Assembly (NCBI GenBank): GCA_050084985.1
Contig: JBITNC010000001.1
Coordinates: 141,856,001-141,920,000, forward strand
DNA from: Nageia nagi
Taxonomy: Eukaryota; Plantae; Pinophyta
DNA: 64,000 bases
Direction: 5' to 3'
The notes under the pieces are model-generated. The model ran no database searches. It was not told where the DNA came from and saw nothing but the letters and a program-made list of their open reading frames with translations. Within the stretch, counting starts at the first letter, position 1, and every line of letters begins with the position of its first letter. Positions 50,616 through 64,000 of the stretch are shown here, one piece after another. The position numbers and the translations under genes were made by a program.

Positions 50616-53600
50616 TATGGCATGGCTTCTTGTGGCCTTCCAAAATTGCATCTTTCACTTCCAACATGGCATTTCCCATATATCTGTAAATGTTTTCCCC
50701 CAATAGGCCTAAAACACCCACATTGGAGAATACCAAGTTGTTTGTGTCTCATCAAATGCATCTTCTCGCTCAACAATCAACACAACCATCACAAACTAGT
50801 TCCATAAGATCTTTTGTTTGATCATCGCCCACGATTGTGCCTCTAAAAATCATCCATTACTATTGTCATCATATGTTGATAGGGTTTCTACAAGTCATTA
50901 GGGTTCTTGTAGGGGCCACATGTTCTCTATAGGCAACTCAATTGCAACATATTAAGAGTTTTACCTATTCTTCCATAGATAGGTCTTTTAACATCATTTT
51001 AAAACCCTTGGTTTGTAGGACCTATTAAAGTTTTTCCAAAAGTAAATACGTATCAATTAAATATTTGTATGATTGTTTCTCATATAATTAAGTTGTATAA
51101 TAAAATCACCAAGATTGTTTTGGTTATGCTATATTTTTTCGTTTGTCTTAAAAGGAGAGGACTTGAAAACAGAAAGCAACAATATATGAAAATAGATTTA
51201 TATCCTTCAAATTTAAATAACACATACAACCTTGACAAAACAAGTTATCTATTCTTGAGCATGAATATATGTTTGCCTTCATACTCAAAGTTCCAAAGCA
51301 AGAAAATTGAAGGGTACATGAAATTACTAGTATTATATGAAGGAAGATTGAAAATCCATTAAACATGTTGAGTCACACGGAATGGTTGTACATTTGTGAA
51401 CAACATTTATGTAAGTTCTTCAAGGGATATGTATTCTTCCAATCCCACACACTACATATCTATTGAAACAACATATTTTGTTACAGTGGTTTTGGGTATT
51501 TTTACAACTTCCTTTCAAATGGGTTGGTATGGGAAGGGTTGTCTAGTCCTATCACAATTATGTTCTTCCATCTTTTTAGGAAGAGAAAAAACATTGCTAA
51601 AACTCTTCAACCGCAAACAAGCATCTTAACATTGTTGTCATCAAACTTTGGACCAACAAAAGGCACCAATGTCGGGGAACCCAAGTCCTTCATGCTATAA
51701 ACCATAACACCATCACCAGAAGTTCTGTCACAAGTTGGAACAATAAAGAAATCTTTTCCAAAATTAGTTTCATTTATCTTCTAGTGATAAATCTTGGATT
51801 TCGCTTCTTTACAATCCTCTAGGATCTGGTGCAAGATTCCAACCCTTCCATGTTAATATGATTGTAGCAATCACTATCGAAATCATATAAGTTTTTCCAT
51901 TACTTCACAACTCCCCTAATGTGGGTGGACAATTATCAAGTAAAGGGGTTATTAATTACATAAATCAACCAAAACAAATTAGTTTCATTTAATTATCTAG
52001 GATAGTGAAATAAGTGGGTTCAAACTATGTAACTTCTTCAAATGCTTTATTAGAGCTTTGATTAATAGAAACAAAACCTCTTTATCCTAATATTTCAAGT
52101 CTTTTCATAGGAAAGTTTTCTATTGATCACCACCAAATGCTAGGAAAGTAGTATTTTAAGCCTTTATGATAATTAAACACATTTACTTGTGGTAAGATTT
52201 ATAAATATTTTCTTTGTTTTGTTGGAGGTTAAGCTAGACTTAGTATTGCCATTGCATTTGTTTAGCACATTAGTATTTATAAATATATGGGCCACATATG
52301 GTTGACTTATATGTGGGATTTAAATGTACACATAGGTAGGTGAACCTGAACATTAAAATAAAAACATCTTGCTATTTAATCAATGTGTGGGATATTTCAT
52401 ATGGATTAGTAGATCTTGCGCGTCTATTTAATGGATGCTTCTACTTCATTATAAGCATGTTGGTGATTAATTGTCCAATGGGGTGCCTCATTCGAGTGTG
52501 ATATTATTATGAAGATACCCTTTTAGGGCTTAATTATTTTCCCATATCTTTGTGTGTTATTTTTTGTGTGTATTTATTTCTCTTCAATTATTGCTTTTTG
52601 TGCATATCTCATGATGTTCAATTCTTTAGCAACATTTGAATAATTTTGCATGCTAAGCCTTAAAGAATGGTTGTTTTCATTCCAATTTACTCCTTAATTT
52701 ATGTTTACTTCAATTTCTCTTTCCAATTTCATCTTCACTTTCACCTAACTAGTGTCAAGTCTATCAATGAAAATGAGGCCTTTATTTATAATTTTTATTT
52801 TTACCTTATTTATGTATTATTATGCCTAAATAATATGGGCACAATATGAGGTAGACACTAATGTAGGAATAAAAAAGGATACAATAGGCACAATTATTAT
52901 AATTATAAAATATTAAATTAATAAAGATTAATAATTATCTTTTTATTGGCTAATAAGAGACATGATCATATCAAGGCACTTATTTGATATGCATAATTCC
53001 TAATCATAATTAAAATATTCAAAGCTCTTAATAGTAACATCATCATTACATTTCAACATCGTCTATGATATCACCATAGAGTGTCGACATAATCAATGGA
53101 AGGTTTCTTTGGGATTTGAATTTTAGTGTATGTGCAAACACCCTAATTACCTAGCCAATCAATGAAGGTTTCATTGCCATAAGTGTTAATAATTGTAGAC
53201 TAATACTAATTCATTCAAAATTTAGTAGTTTTCAATTATTTTTGTGTCGTTCCAAAGTTAGATTCAATTCATAAAGATGTCAATCTTTGTTTTAGAAAGG
53301 TGTTATTATCAAGATTTTATGCAGTGGTGCACGGATCCTAAAAGGATTTTCACAATAATGAAGTGTAGTTTGTTTCATTAGCCTAGGATAGTCTTAGATT
53401 TTAGAAGATTTTCATTTTTCAATTAAAAAAAAAGAACATGAGAAAATGTTTCTTTAACATTTGGTGAAAGTATTTTTGGTTTTTTCTTATCCATGTCATT
53501 CCAATGGAGTAGGATAAAATACCACAAAGATTTAAGATTCTTTGAATGATCATGAGATGAAATTTTAGAAGTAAATTCCTCTTCAAATAATGATTCTTGT

Positions 53601-53899
53601 GAAAGATAAGTGAAGGCATGTTCTCTTGTGCTTTATCTTTGCAATTAATTTGACCTTATTAGTATGTGATGAGTTAATTATATTTGGTTATTATGCTATG
53701 ATAATTCATGATTATTCTTATCCCTTTGGTATTTGGGGAAATGAGTAGTAATACTATTTGATTATCCTAATCTATTGGGTTCTTTGAGTGATAAGTACTT
53801 GATTCTCATCCCTTTTGTACTTTGGGCAATAATTACTACCCTTTGATGATTCTCATATTTGATTCTTACATCATGCTTATTAAAGATGATTCTTATCAT

Positions 53900-55110
53900 T
53901 TATCCTTTGATGATTTACGATATGTGGAGCTAAATATGATTATCCTATAAAATGTTTATAGTTTCTTTCTCTTTTCCTTTTCAGATCTCTTTGGTTTTGT
54001 ATTGGTCTCCATTCATTGATGTTCATAGCCAACCAAGCCAAAAAGGGGGTAGGAGAGTACGACAAGAATGTGAAACCGCATGCTACTGCCATGATGATAA
54101 TTCGAGCAAGCAGTACTTTTGATTTTACATTCTACATTTGGATTATGTGGATGATTTCGTCACCACGTATCTAAAGAAGGGCATGTGTAGATACCTAAAT
54201 ATGATTTTTTATTTATTTAAAACTATATTTTATGTATCCAAGTGAAATATTATTTTTTGGAAATGATCGCAACCCTTTTTCCATTGATCTTAAAAAATGA
54301 GTGGGGGTTGAAAGATTCCCTCAATTTTTACATCAATGATGGGTCTAAAATTGGAAACATTTTATTTTCCGATAAGTCATCATTTGAACCAAGAGTTGAA
54401 ATTTGAAATTTTTTTATTGCCAAAAATTTACATTCTCCTCTATTAAGATATTTCTAGTTGGAGGACTCCTTGGAAGAAAATAAAAATAAGGCTTATAAAC
54501 CCAAAAGAACCCAAGCCCATAAGAGAGCTAGGAACAAAGAACCCTTTTGATGCATACCTTCCTCCTCTTGGAGATCTCTAAAAATAAATCCATAATTGAA
54601 ACAAGGGGAAAAAATATTCTAAATTGGTATCTTCTATAGAACTCGTAGTCTTAGCAATTTTATCAAATCCATCAAGTTCCAAAATATTTGCAATCAGGCC
54701 TAAATTTATTTATTTTAAGTTCAAACCATTGCTTGATTTTCCACACTCATTGGGTGAACCAGATGAGTCAACAAAAACTAACATATCCTCCTCCATCTAG
54801 GGGTCTCTGAAATAACCTAATATTTGAACCACGAGCTAGAATATTTGAAGAGAGCCACATCCTTGCCTTGTCTAAAAGGACCTTGAAAAAGATAAATAGT
54901 TCTTCCACATAGGACCTACACTTGAAAAGCACAAATATCATGCCCAAATGGTTCATAAGGTCTCCTTATCCTTATGTGTTCTAACCCCACACATGTGAAA
55001 AAGAAAATAATAGAGAATAGATCTTTTTTTCCAACTATGACCTAAGCAAGAGTGAAATTCAAAATATTTACGATGTGGATCTACTTCATATATACCCAAA
55101 TCCAAAGAGC
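53900..55110 (+). mobile_element. 3' end and start of the 3' LTR (from ~54186) of a related LTR element; LTR appears to continue after 63305
   Basis: PPT-LTR junction gtatctaaagaagggcatg|tgtagatacctaaa resembles the junction of the 55116-63300 element, in opposite orientation. Confidence 0.55.
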
Positions 55111-55115
55111 CCAAC

Positions 55116-55832
55116 TATAGACAAGAAATTATGGTTAAAATGAAGAAACACAACAATTATAATGTCTATTAAAAAAGGAGGTGAAACACTAATTCAATAT
55201 TACTATGATTAATATATGAAAATATCGCACCTGATATGATGGATAAGTGATGTACAATCCTCAATGTATGGCATTGATATGTGGAGGATCGAAATGGATT
55301 TGAGATGAAGCTTCAAGGATATTTGATTGCTTTATGCTCGTCATCCTTAAGATTTAATGCACTGGATCATGAAGAGTCATGACGCAGATGCCATAATTAC
55401 AGTAGTCCTATTTTATGGCATGGATGCTACAAAACATGCAAAATTAAGATGTACAAAAGAGATAGCAAGTAACGAAAGCTCAGAGCATCATAAAGTATCA
55501 CATAGGTGGAATCAAGAGATACCATAAGTGATGAAATGGGACAACCACCTATCAGAGAGATTTGATAGGGATGCCAACCTCCAACTCTTTCATTTATAAT
55601 CTGCAAGAACATAGAGAGGAGTGAAAGCCAACTTATATCAATAATATAATCATTGTAATATTCAAGATACTTGTAAATGTAAATCATGGTTAATAATACT
55701 TCATTGGTTCTAACACGATATTATCTTGTAATAACATCATTATCTTGACTTTTATGATATTGATTTTATTTCTTAAATATGTCTAAAATAAGATTTATTA
55801 AATAATTAATAAATCAATTTTAGGCATCTACA
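55116..55832 (-). repeat. 3' LTR
   Basis: Direct repeat of 62581-63300, adjacent to the PPT. Confidence 0.9.
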
Positions 55833-57510
55833 TTTTCCCTCTCTTTAGATACCGAATGAAAAAGCATTTTGAAATTGCATAATCCAAAGAAGCATAAAGA
55901 AGTAGAAAAATCTTCAATAGTGAAGTGTATTTACCTAAAATTCAGATGACAACTACTAAGTTGATGAAGCCACCATCAAAGCAGTCCCATGAAGTGATCG
56001 CTATGCTGAATATAATATCTCATTTCCCCCCTTTTGTCTTTGATTTGCCCTAGTATATCATGCAGGGGAATTAAGGCAAAAACACATCTTTCAGGTGGAG
56101 ATCACATGCTCTAAGATGATCTGTAAGAATAAAAGAGATAATATTTGGATATATTACATCTATTAAAAAGAATAGTCAATATAAGACCAAGGATGAAATC
56201 AATATAATATACACATCACAAACTATCGCCATTATGACTAATAGCCTTTATGAAGAAATCGCCAAACAAAGGGGTCGAGGCATGCCTCAAGCTTGAAATA
56301 GTTATTACGATCATATGAGATTATAACCTGTAATTTTGAGAAAACATTCATGCTCGTGGGGTTACCATGGCTTGTATTTGTAAAGTCGTTAGTAGAATAT
56401 GAATTGCATTTGAAAGACAATCATGAAGAAATCAGATGCTATGTAAATATAAAATGCCAGATATTCAGAGTATTTAGTGACCTAATAAAATATCAAATTT
56501 TGCAATAAATTCATCAACTTGCACTATGTGAACACCTTAACCTCATATGTAGCACGACATTAACATTTTCATATTCTTAAAATTTCTAGATTGAATCTTC
56601 AGCAATTTGGTTGATAAAAAGTTGAACTCATTTTCATAATTAATCATGAAAAGTCATATTTGCATATCAAATATTTTCATAAAATAAAACAATATGCAAC
56701 ATAAAAGCAATTTGATACAAAATTTTTGGCATGGACACCCTGCATTAATGATGTAGGGCATGAACGTTGGGCGTTTCGTAGAATTATTTTTTCAAAAAGG
56801 ACGACCCATGATCATCTAACATAATTCTAAAGCAAGGGAAATGTTAAAATCGCAAATTGCATGCATAAAATCTGAACATTTTTGAGAAGATGGTAAAGAA
56901 GAAAAAGATAAATTTTATTTATCATTTGCATCTTCGGCTGTTCGTGTGTCATCGGAGGAGGTTGTTTGACCGGTTAGCTCGTAGGGGGGTCACATTATAG
57001 AGTTGCTGTAGACTTTTCCCGTTGACCATATGGTAGGTTCCAAATTTATTCTTTTTTTCGTTATCGTTTTGTTTATTTATATTACGTTTTGGGAAGCCCT
57101 AGGGTTTTTTATTTACTCCACTATTGAAATACCAACCATCTTTGTTTGTTTACTATGGAATTTAAAGGAGAAGTATTGGTTTAATGAGCTACGATTTATT
57201 CAGTTTTAATTTTATTGCCCCTAGTTTATATAATTCATCTCTCATGGCGTCTGTGACTAAGTTTCGTATATTTCAATGTGAAGGATGGGGGGATTTTAAT
57301 ATTTCATTTTTTTTGGTTTTCTTTCATTTAATGTCGTTGTGGTTTAGTTGGATTTGAAACTCATTATTTTATGCTTAAGGGGATTTACAAATTTTGTGTA
57401 TATTTATTGGTAATGTTGTCTTTATCTATGATTTTTGCAATAAAATATATTTTGTATATCCACATTTTTGGTTTTACAGTTGTGACTAAATAAGTTTGAT
57501 TTTCTTGTAG

Positions 57511-59421
57511 GCCTAGAAACATATGATCAAAGGAAGCCCCATGAAATTAGACACCTTGGAGAAAGTACACACTTGGGTGGGATCAAACAATGAAAATTCC
57601 ATGCTAAATAGCATTGATATTTATGATTGGTATTGGCGGGGCATATCGAAATTGATTTCCCATTGTTGATTGCATTGATAGAGCATTGGGAGCCAGACTC
57701 TAACACGCTTAATCTCCCCTAGGTGAGATGACTATTACCCTAGTCAATATTTATCATATTTGACATGTTCTTATTTGAAGTCGGCTAGTGGGGCATGCAT
57801 CCATTAATGGTGACCAATAGCTGGATGGCCTCACATTTTGGTTGATAGGTCAACATGACTACAATTAGGAGAAAAGGATGAACTTTCTTCATATGGCTTG
57901 TTAGTTTATTCTTAGCAATAGGAACCTTCACCTGCTAGTAGCTTCCATCATTACAACATTCTTGTGTTCAAACAAGAACAATTCTATCTTCCCTCTCAGC
58001 TTTATGTGGATAATACGAGAGATCTATGCCCGAGGGATCACATTTTCTTGGGTTCCATGCATTCTTTCCCAACTTTATTAGGATTTGCACCACATTGTCA
58101 TTATGGGAAAATCCAATGTTATCATTGCCTATGCTTCTCTTCTTTTGGTGTGGGCATATGAACATATAGTTGTGTTCAGGCCTATAGGATTGGATCGTAT
58201 GCGATAGTATGAGATAAATCCTACTATGATTTGTTGAACACCAATTTTGGGGTATTACCGAGTGCCTCAATATAGGCCAAGAGGCAAGACGTCGATGCGT
58301 TACAGCTAGAGGACCTTATCTAGGTTGTTTATCAATTTTTTGCATGGGATGAGGATGCTCATCATTTGGCATGGGTAAGGCAACATTGCTTCCTTCAAGA
58401 ACGAAGGAAGGATGTAGAGTTTTACTAGCTTGGGTAAGTACTTCAATTCGGTATTACATAGGATATTCTGATAGTACCTCTTATTACTTGAGAGAGAAGG
58501 TAGACCGGGATGCACTTGAGGGTGCCTTATTTATGCCAACATGGAGGACCACTTGGAAAGAGCCTACTAAAATGGATTTCACTATCAAGGTATCATTTTT
58601 TCTAGGCATTATTGACGTCTATGATGCATGGTGGGCAAGCATTAGAGAAATCCCAATAGGAATTCTAGAGTTCGATGATGATGATTCCATGGAGGTATCT
58701 TCCATAGAGTCCAAAAATGATGACAATGATCCATATGGCATTCATGATGGTATGCCTAAGATGCCACCTCCACCCCCTAGTACTTCAATTGTTGTTTCCC
58801 CTAATGAGGCTACGAGGGGTATCTATTTGATTATTGAGGCTATCCCACTTATTGCCTCTACTTCTCCCGTAGGTACAAAAATCACTCACAAATTTTATCA
58901 ATACTAACAATATTTTATTTTGAATTATATTATATTTTATTTAATTTTGTGTACTAATGTCATTATGGGGTTTTGCAATAAATGATTTAGTTGCTCGAAT
59001 TGCTGCCTTAAAGGTAGAAGTTTCTAGCTTTTAATCTTTGAAGGTTGAATTAGATAGGCTGTGGCCTATGGAGGTCGAGGCTATTTAGCTAAGGATCAGT
59101 GTGATTGAGTTGTAGGAAAAGGTTGCAAAGTTCCTGGCTCATATTTTAGAGCTAGAGAAGGAGAGGAATAAGCTATGGGAGAGACTGGACATGCCTCCTC
59201 TAAATGGGTCTTGGGGTTTTATGAGTAGGTAGGTGCAAGCCCAACAGGACCTAAATGATAAGTTGGTAGCCCTTCGAGAGAAATATGGGAGGGTGGAAGC
59301 CTTATTGGTTGCACATGGGATTAGTACTAATGTTATTTTAGTCTCATCTATATCTATTTCTGGGGACAAAAGTGTAAAGAGGTCTAGGAGGGCAAAGAGT
59401 GGTAGTAGTGGGATGCACTAA
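57511..59421 (+). pseudogene. Plant mobile domain (aminotransferase-like, MAIN/MAIL-type) gene with acidic/Pro-rich linker and coiled-coil last exon, decayed
   Basis: LIALIEHWEPDSNTLNLP/GEMTITLVNIYHI at ~57667-57760 and VWAYEHI at ~58150 fit the PMD consensus. Acceptor tttcttgtag at 57510. Intron from 58873 (GT) to ~58978 with tactaat branch. Confidence 0.8.
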
Positions 59422-59425
59422 TGAT

Positions 59426-59429
<4 letters not shown>

Positions 59430-59466
<37 letters not shown>
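59430..59466. repeat. (CA)n microsatellite
   Basis: Perfect run just after the PMD stop codon. Confidence 0.95.
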
Positions 59467-59469
<3 letters not shown>

Positions 59470-60008
59470 TCCATTTTCATTTCCTCAAACAATCTTTATT
59501 TATGTTTTCATTTTATATTTTTTGTTATTTATATATGTGAATGGATGAATGTATGCAAAACTTAAGTAATAAATATGAGCAATAAATATAATAAATATAG
59601 TTGTACAAGAAATAAATAATACTAAATCATTTTTTGCAAAAGATTGATAAAACATAACATTGATAACAATTAACATAAAATGGAATGTTTGTATAATTCT
59701 AGGTACTTTAAACAATTGCTTATAAAAAACATAAATGAGCATTTTTTTTAAAAATTTTGTAGTTTAGGAAAAGGCACGATGTGGATGCCCCATCTTCAGG
59801 GATATGATGCTAATGTCATCAAAGAAGATAAATTTTAAAGAAAAATGTATGAGGCAAAGTTAGGAGATGCAACCAGTAACATAATCAAATAAATAAACAA
59901 AGGAAAAGATAAACATAAATGTAAGAAAAGTAACAAAATAAAAATAAATTATTATACAAATAATAATGAAATAAAAATTATTTCAACCCATGACACGATG
60001 TACCTAGG

Positions 60009-62400
60009 TCTATTTAGGAACCCACTTACATTTGAAGGATGCAAGAAAAAAATTGGTACTTGATTAGATCTTGATCACATTGTGTGGATTTCATGGCAAT
60101 AGGTGTCAACAACGTGAACGCTATGTGGGTTTTAGGATTAGTTGCCACAAATTTGTGGGATACTTTATTGATTCGTTGCCATCAACTATGCATTCTTTAT
60201 GGACTTGAAAGTATTAGAAAAATAATACTTAAAAGAGTTTGGTGTACTTACCATTCCAATTAACCCTTTAGGATATTGTTTTATTGTTGGCAAAGGATTG
60301 GTGAAGATTTCCAATTGAAAATTATCAAGATGAACAGGTACAATAAAATCTGGTTCTTGAGATGAATCATCATAAGTCTAAAAAGCCTTTTGGTCAATGA
60401 AATCTTGTATGATATTTCTTAGAGTCCTGCAATTCTTGGTTAGATGTCCTAGAGTTCTATGATGGTTACAAAACTCTTCAAATCTATAATTTTAAGTGAC
60501 ACCATTTAGAAAATGATGTTGAACAATAGGCAAAATCTCAATAAGATCTTTTTTCAATAAAACATTAAGAATATCATCGACACTTTCATTTAGCTTTATA
60601 AATTTTTGTTTAGGTGGAGATGGTTTCTTATCAGCATTAACAATTGTAATTACTTGTTTTTGATTTGTATTTATTTTGAAGAAGTTACCTTTTAAATCTC
60701 CTTATAGTTTTGAATATTGCAAGATTCATTTTTGAGCAACCTAGCTATCAACTTTCCCAAAGATATATTATCTAGATCAACTACTTCTACTCTAAATTGA
60801 TATAACAATGCAACCATAAAAGGTTCTTTTAAATCTTGTTAAGGATCCATTACCTTATTTGCAACTTTCTTCCATATTTGCATAAAATCTATTAAACTTT
60901 GGTTAGGCAATTGTTTAATTCTACACAAATCTTTAAATTGATCATTTTCTTAAATATTATATTTAAAGTTGTTCAAAAATATATAAACAAGATCATATAT
61001 ATCAATGCTTTTTTTAGGAAGATAAAAATATCATTTCAATGCATCATCTTTTAGACTACTAGAAAATAATTTAGCAAGCATATCACAATCATGAACAAAT
61101 TCAATAACTTCTTCTTGGAATTTTATAACATTCATTTAGGATATTGAGGTCCATCAAATTTTGAAAATTTAATACTCTTTTTGCAATTCAAAACTTACAA
61201 GAAATTCTATCACTTAATGGACGTTTAAGAACAAAAATCATCAGCATCTTTTTAAAATTTTACTTCTATTTTAGTAAGTCTTTCTTGAAGGCTTGAAATA
61301 AGGTTATTAGGATTTGTAGCTATAGGAAAATAGAGTTGAACTAGAGGTGTAGGTTGATCATTCTTAGGGGATGGTGATGGGGTTTATGGAGGTCTATTAC
61401 TTGCTTCAGGGGAAATAATGGAATATTGATGACCTACTTGTGCTTGTTTTAAGTCTACCACTTTAATTTTGGACCAATTCTATTAATTCTTTATTCTTCT
61501 ATGTTATATAATAGATCAAAAAAATAATCTAACCATTAGTCATTGGTAGCTTTTTGAAAACTATTAGATTCTTTTATTCCATTAGAACATCCATTTTTAT
61601 GTCACGTTCATCTTGAGTCCAATTAGGTTTCTTTTCATACACTTTAGTGATGAGTCTAGCAATTTGTTCTTCCAAAGTAATATATTATTCATGTTCACTT
61701 AAAATATGCTTACCTTTATCTTATTGAAAAACTTTAGGAAGTGTACATGTATTATTTGGTTCAGGTGATGTTGATGAAGGGTTAAAGACATCCTTGCAAC
61801 ACATGATCCTTTATTCCTATCCCATAAATTAGAGATCATTTAGAGGTACATATTCTACAATGTTCATGCCATCATTGCAAGTCAACATGACATCAACATA
61901 GTCTATCTTTGATAGAGACATTGTCCATTTATTGAGATCTGCATTATCATACTAAAATAGGGAATTTGAAGTATACAAAGTACTTGTCTCTATAATGACA
62001 TCTATCATTTCATGCTTTGTCAATATATTGATGATAGCTTTAGTGTTGTTAGTAACAAAATATTCTAATCTATCATCAAGAGCCATTACTTGATTTACAA
62101 ATTTTATATTAGAAGGTATAACATCAAGATCACCATGTGCTTCAAATTCATCGATAGAATTATCCAAGTTAATGCTTTCAAAATTATCTTCATCAAGATC
62201 TACTTGAAATTTATTAGGTGCATTACCAATAATACTCATTCAATTTGAATTAATGAATTCAATATCATTTTCCTCATCAGTTGCAATTCTATCAATAGGA
62301 TCTAGTTCATGGAATTGCTTAGGTAGATAAGGGTTTAATCTATTGCTTCTAATTTTATTAAAATGAACTCTTCCTTTAGACACTTTAGTTTATTCCTTAG
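60009..62400 (-). pseudogene. gag (Tat/Ogre-type), decayed
   Basis: CDMLAKLFSSSLKDDALK.YF.LP..SI (gag domain, ~61090-60990). FCNHHRTLGHLTKNCRTLRNIIQD knuckle (~60475-60400). Ends FKCKWVPK-stop at ~60010. Confidence 0.75.
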
Positions 62401-62565
62401 TAGGTAGAAATATCTTTGGGAAAAAGATGGAAGAAACCCTAGAATTATAATTTTCTTGAGTAAATTTTCTATGAATATCATGCAAAGTATAAAATAATAA
62501 CATGAAAAGATTCATGACTCCAAAAGAAAGGTTCCCTAGAATGAATTCTAAGTGTGTGGGAATTA

Positions 62566-62577
62566 TCGGGTTCACCA
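62566..62577 (-). other. Primer-binding site, tRNA-Trp
   Basis: Minus strand TGGTGAACCCGA, complementary to the plant tRNA-Trp 3' end ...UCGGGUUCACCA. It lies 3 nt from the 5' LTR. Confidence 0.75.
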
Positions 62578-62580
62578 ATA

Positions 62581-63300
62581 TGTAGATAAGAAATTATGGT
62601 TACAATGAAGAAATACAACAATTATAATGTCTATTAAAAAAGGAGGTGAAACACTTACTCAATATTATTGTGACTAATATATGAGAAGAGTGCACTTGAT
62701 ATGATGGATAAGTGATGTACAATCTTCAATATGTGGAATTGATATATGGAGGATCAGATTGAATATGATACAAAGATTCAAGGATATTATATTCCCTCAA
62801 TTTATACTTATCATCCTCAAGATCGGATGCCTTGGATCATGAAGATTCATGATGTAGATGCCATAATTATAGTCCTATTTTATGGTGCAAATGTTATGAA
62901 ACCTACATAATTAAGATGCATAAAAGAGATAGCAAGTAATGAAATCTAAAAAAAAATAGATTCTCAGATAGGTGGCATCAAGAAATATCGTAAGTGATCA
63001 TATGGGAAAACCACCTATCATAGAGATCTGATAGGCATGTCAACCTTCAACTCCTCCATTATTAATCTACAAGAAAATAGAGAGAAGTGAAAGCCAACTT
63101 ATATCAATAATATAATAATTATAATATTCAAGATACTTGTAAATATAACTAATGTTTAATAATATTGCATTGGTTCTAGCACATGATGTTATCTTGTAAT
63201 AAGACCACTATCTTTACTTTTGTAATATTGATTTCATTTCTTAAAGATTTCTAAAATAAGATTTATTAAATAATTAATAGATTAATTTTAGGTGTCTACA
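62581..63300 (-). repeat. 5' LTR
   Basis: TGTAGA...TCTACA inverted termini, followed by TSD CCAAC. Confidence 0.92.
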
Positions 63301-64000
63301 CCAACCCTTAAAAAACCATTTACCTATCTTGAGAGATAAGATTTGATTATGAAAAATCCAAACCCAAACATTACTAGGAGAGATCTAAATTGAGAAGGAC
63401 TAAAAATCATGAAGATCACAAGATAGATCCTCTTCACACATACCCAAATTGATAGATCCTATCCCAAACAAAACCCTTATATTATCTTGAGGTACAACAC
63501 TTGGTTATGGAAGTAGAAGTGATTTAATACAAAAACTTCCTTAAATCTCATAAAGATAAAAATACAATTCCCAAGAGAAATCTAGAGGAATTCATTGAAC
63601 AAGAAGTGATTCAACAAAAAGAGGGCTTTGATATCCATAGGAAAAAAATAAAATTCCAAGGAAGTATAATAGATTCACTCTTCTTGCAAGTTATCTTCCT
63701 ACTTCTAAGCTATCTAACCCAACTCTATTTTGTAGGTTTAGTTCATCATCATCATAACACTCCTCTCCATAATCATTGTTCATGCTTCCACTACCATGCT
63801 ATCCATGAATGCTTTTAGAATCTATTTTCTAAAATTTTACACCTCATTACCAAGGTACTATTGGGACAACTTAGGTACTTTCACCTATATATGTAGGGAA
63901 TCAATATTTAAACTTCTTAGGGAGTTGGTTGCATTCATTTTAAAATCCTAATGCAATTTATTACACAAATAACAAAATTCCTTCAAACCAACACACATGT

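Larger units (their letters stand above)
55116..63300 (-). mobile_element. Pol-less LTR retrotransposon (Tat/Ogre-type gag) carrying an antisense PMD gene
   Basis: LTRs 55116-55832 and 62581-63300. TSD CCAAC at 55111-55115 and 63301-63305. PBS-Trp. PPT aaagagagggaaaa at 55833-55846. No PR/RT/INT motifs seen. Confidence 0.9.

Overview
This is AT-rich, transposon-dense eukaryotic DNA. It is most likely from a gymnosperm (conifer-type) nuclear genome, inferred from the transposon lineages present. Almost the whole window is decayed mobile elements whose ends can often be fixed by target-site duplications (TSDs). Left to right: (1) an RTE/RTEX-like LINE fragment (~760-2960) and a hAT remnant (~3050-5503). 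(2) A full-length Ty3/gypsy Tat element (6136-19639, minus) with gag-PR-aRH-RT-RH-INT order and a ~1,200-codon extra ORF. (3) A nested stack: a hAT element (~20355-41752) split by a chromovirus (21782-40986), which itself holds a Copia element (22921-30675), a hAT MITE (32874-33692) and a non-autonomous LTR element with unassigned ORFs (34572-40344). (4) A Mutator-like MITE (41959-42601). (5) The only recognisable host-gene piece, the last coding exon of a Trm112-like/preY gene (45714-45830); no upstream exons were found, which suggests a giant intron. (6) A pol-less LTR element (55116-63300) with a minus-strand gag and a convergent, intron-containing plant-mobile-domain (PMD) gene. This last element is the best candidate for an under-described system. 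All calls were made by eye without database searches.
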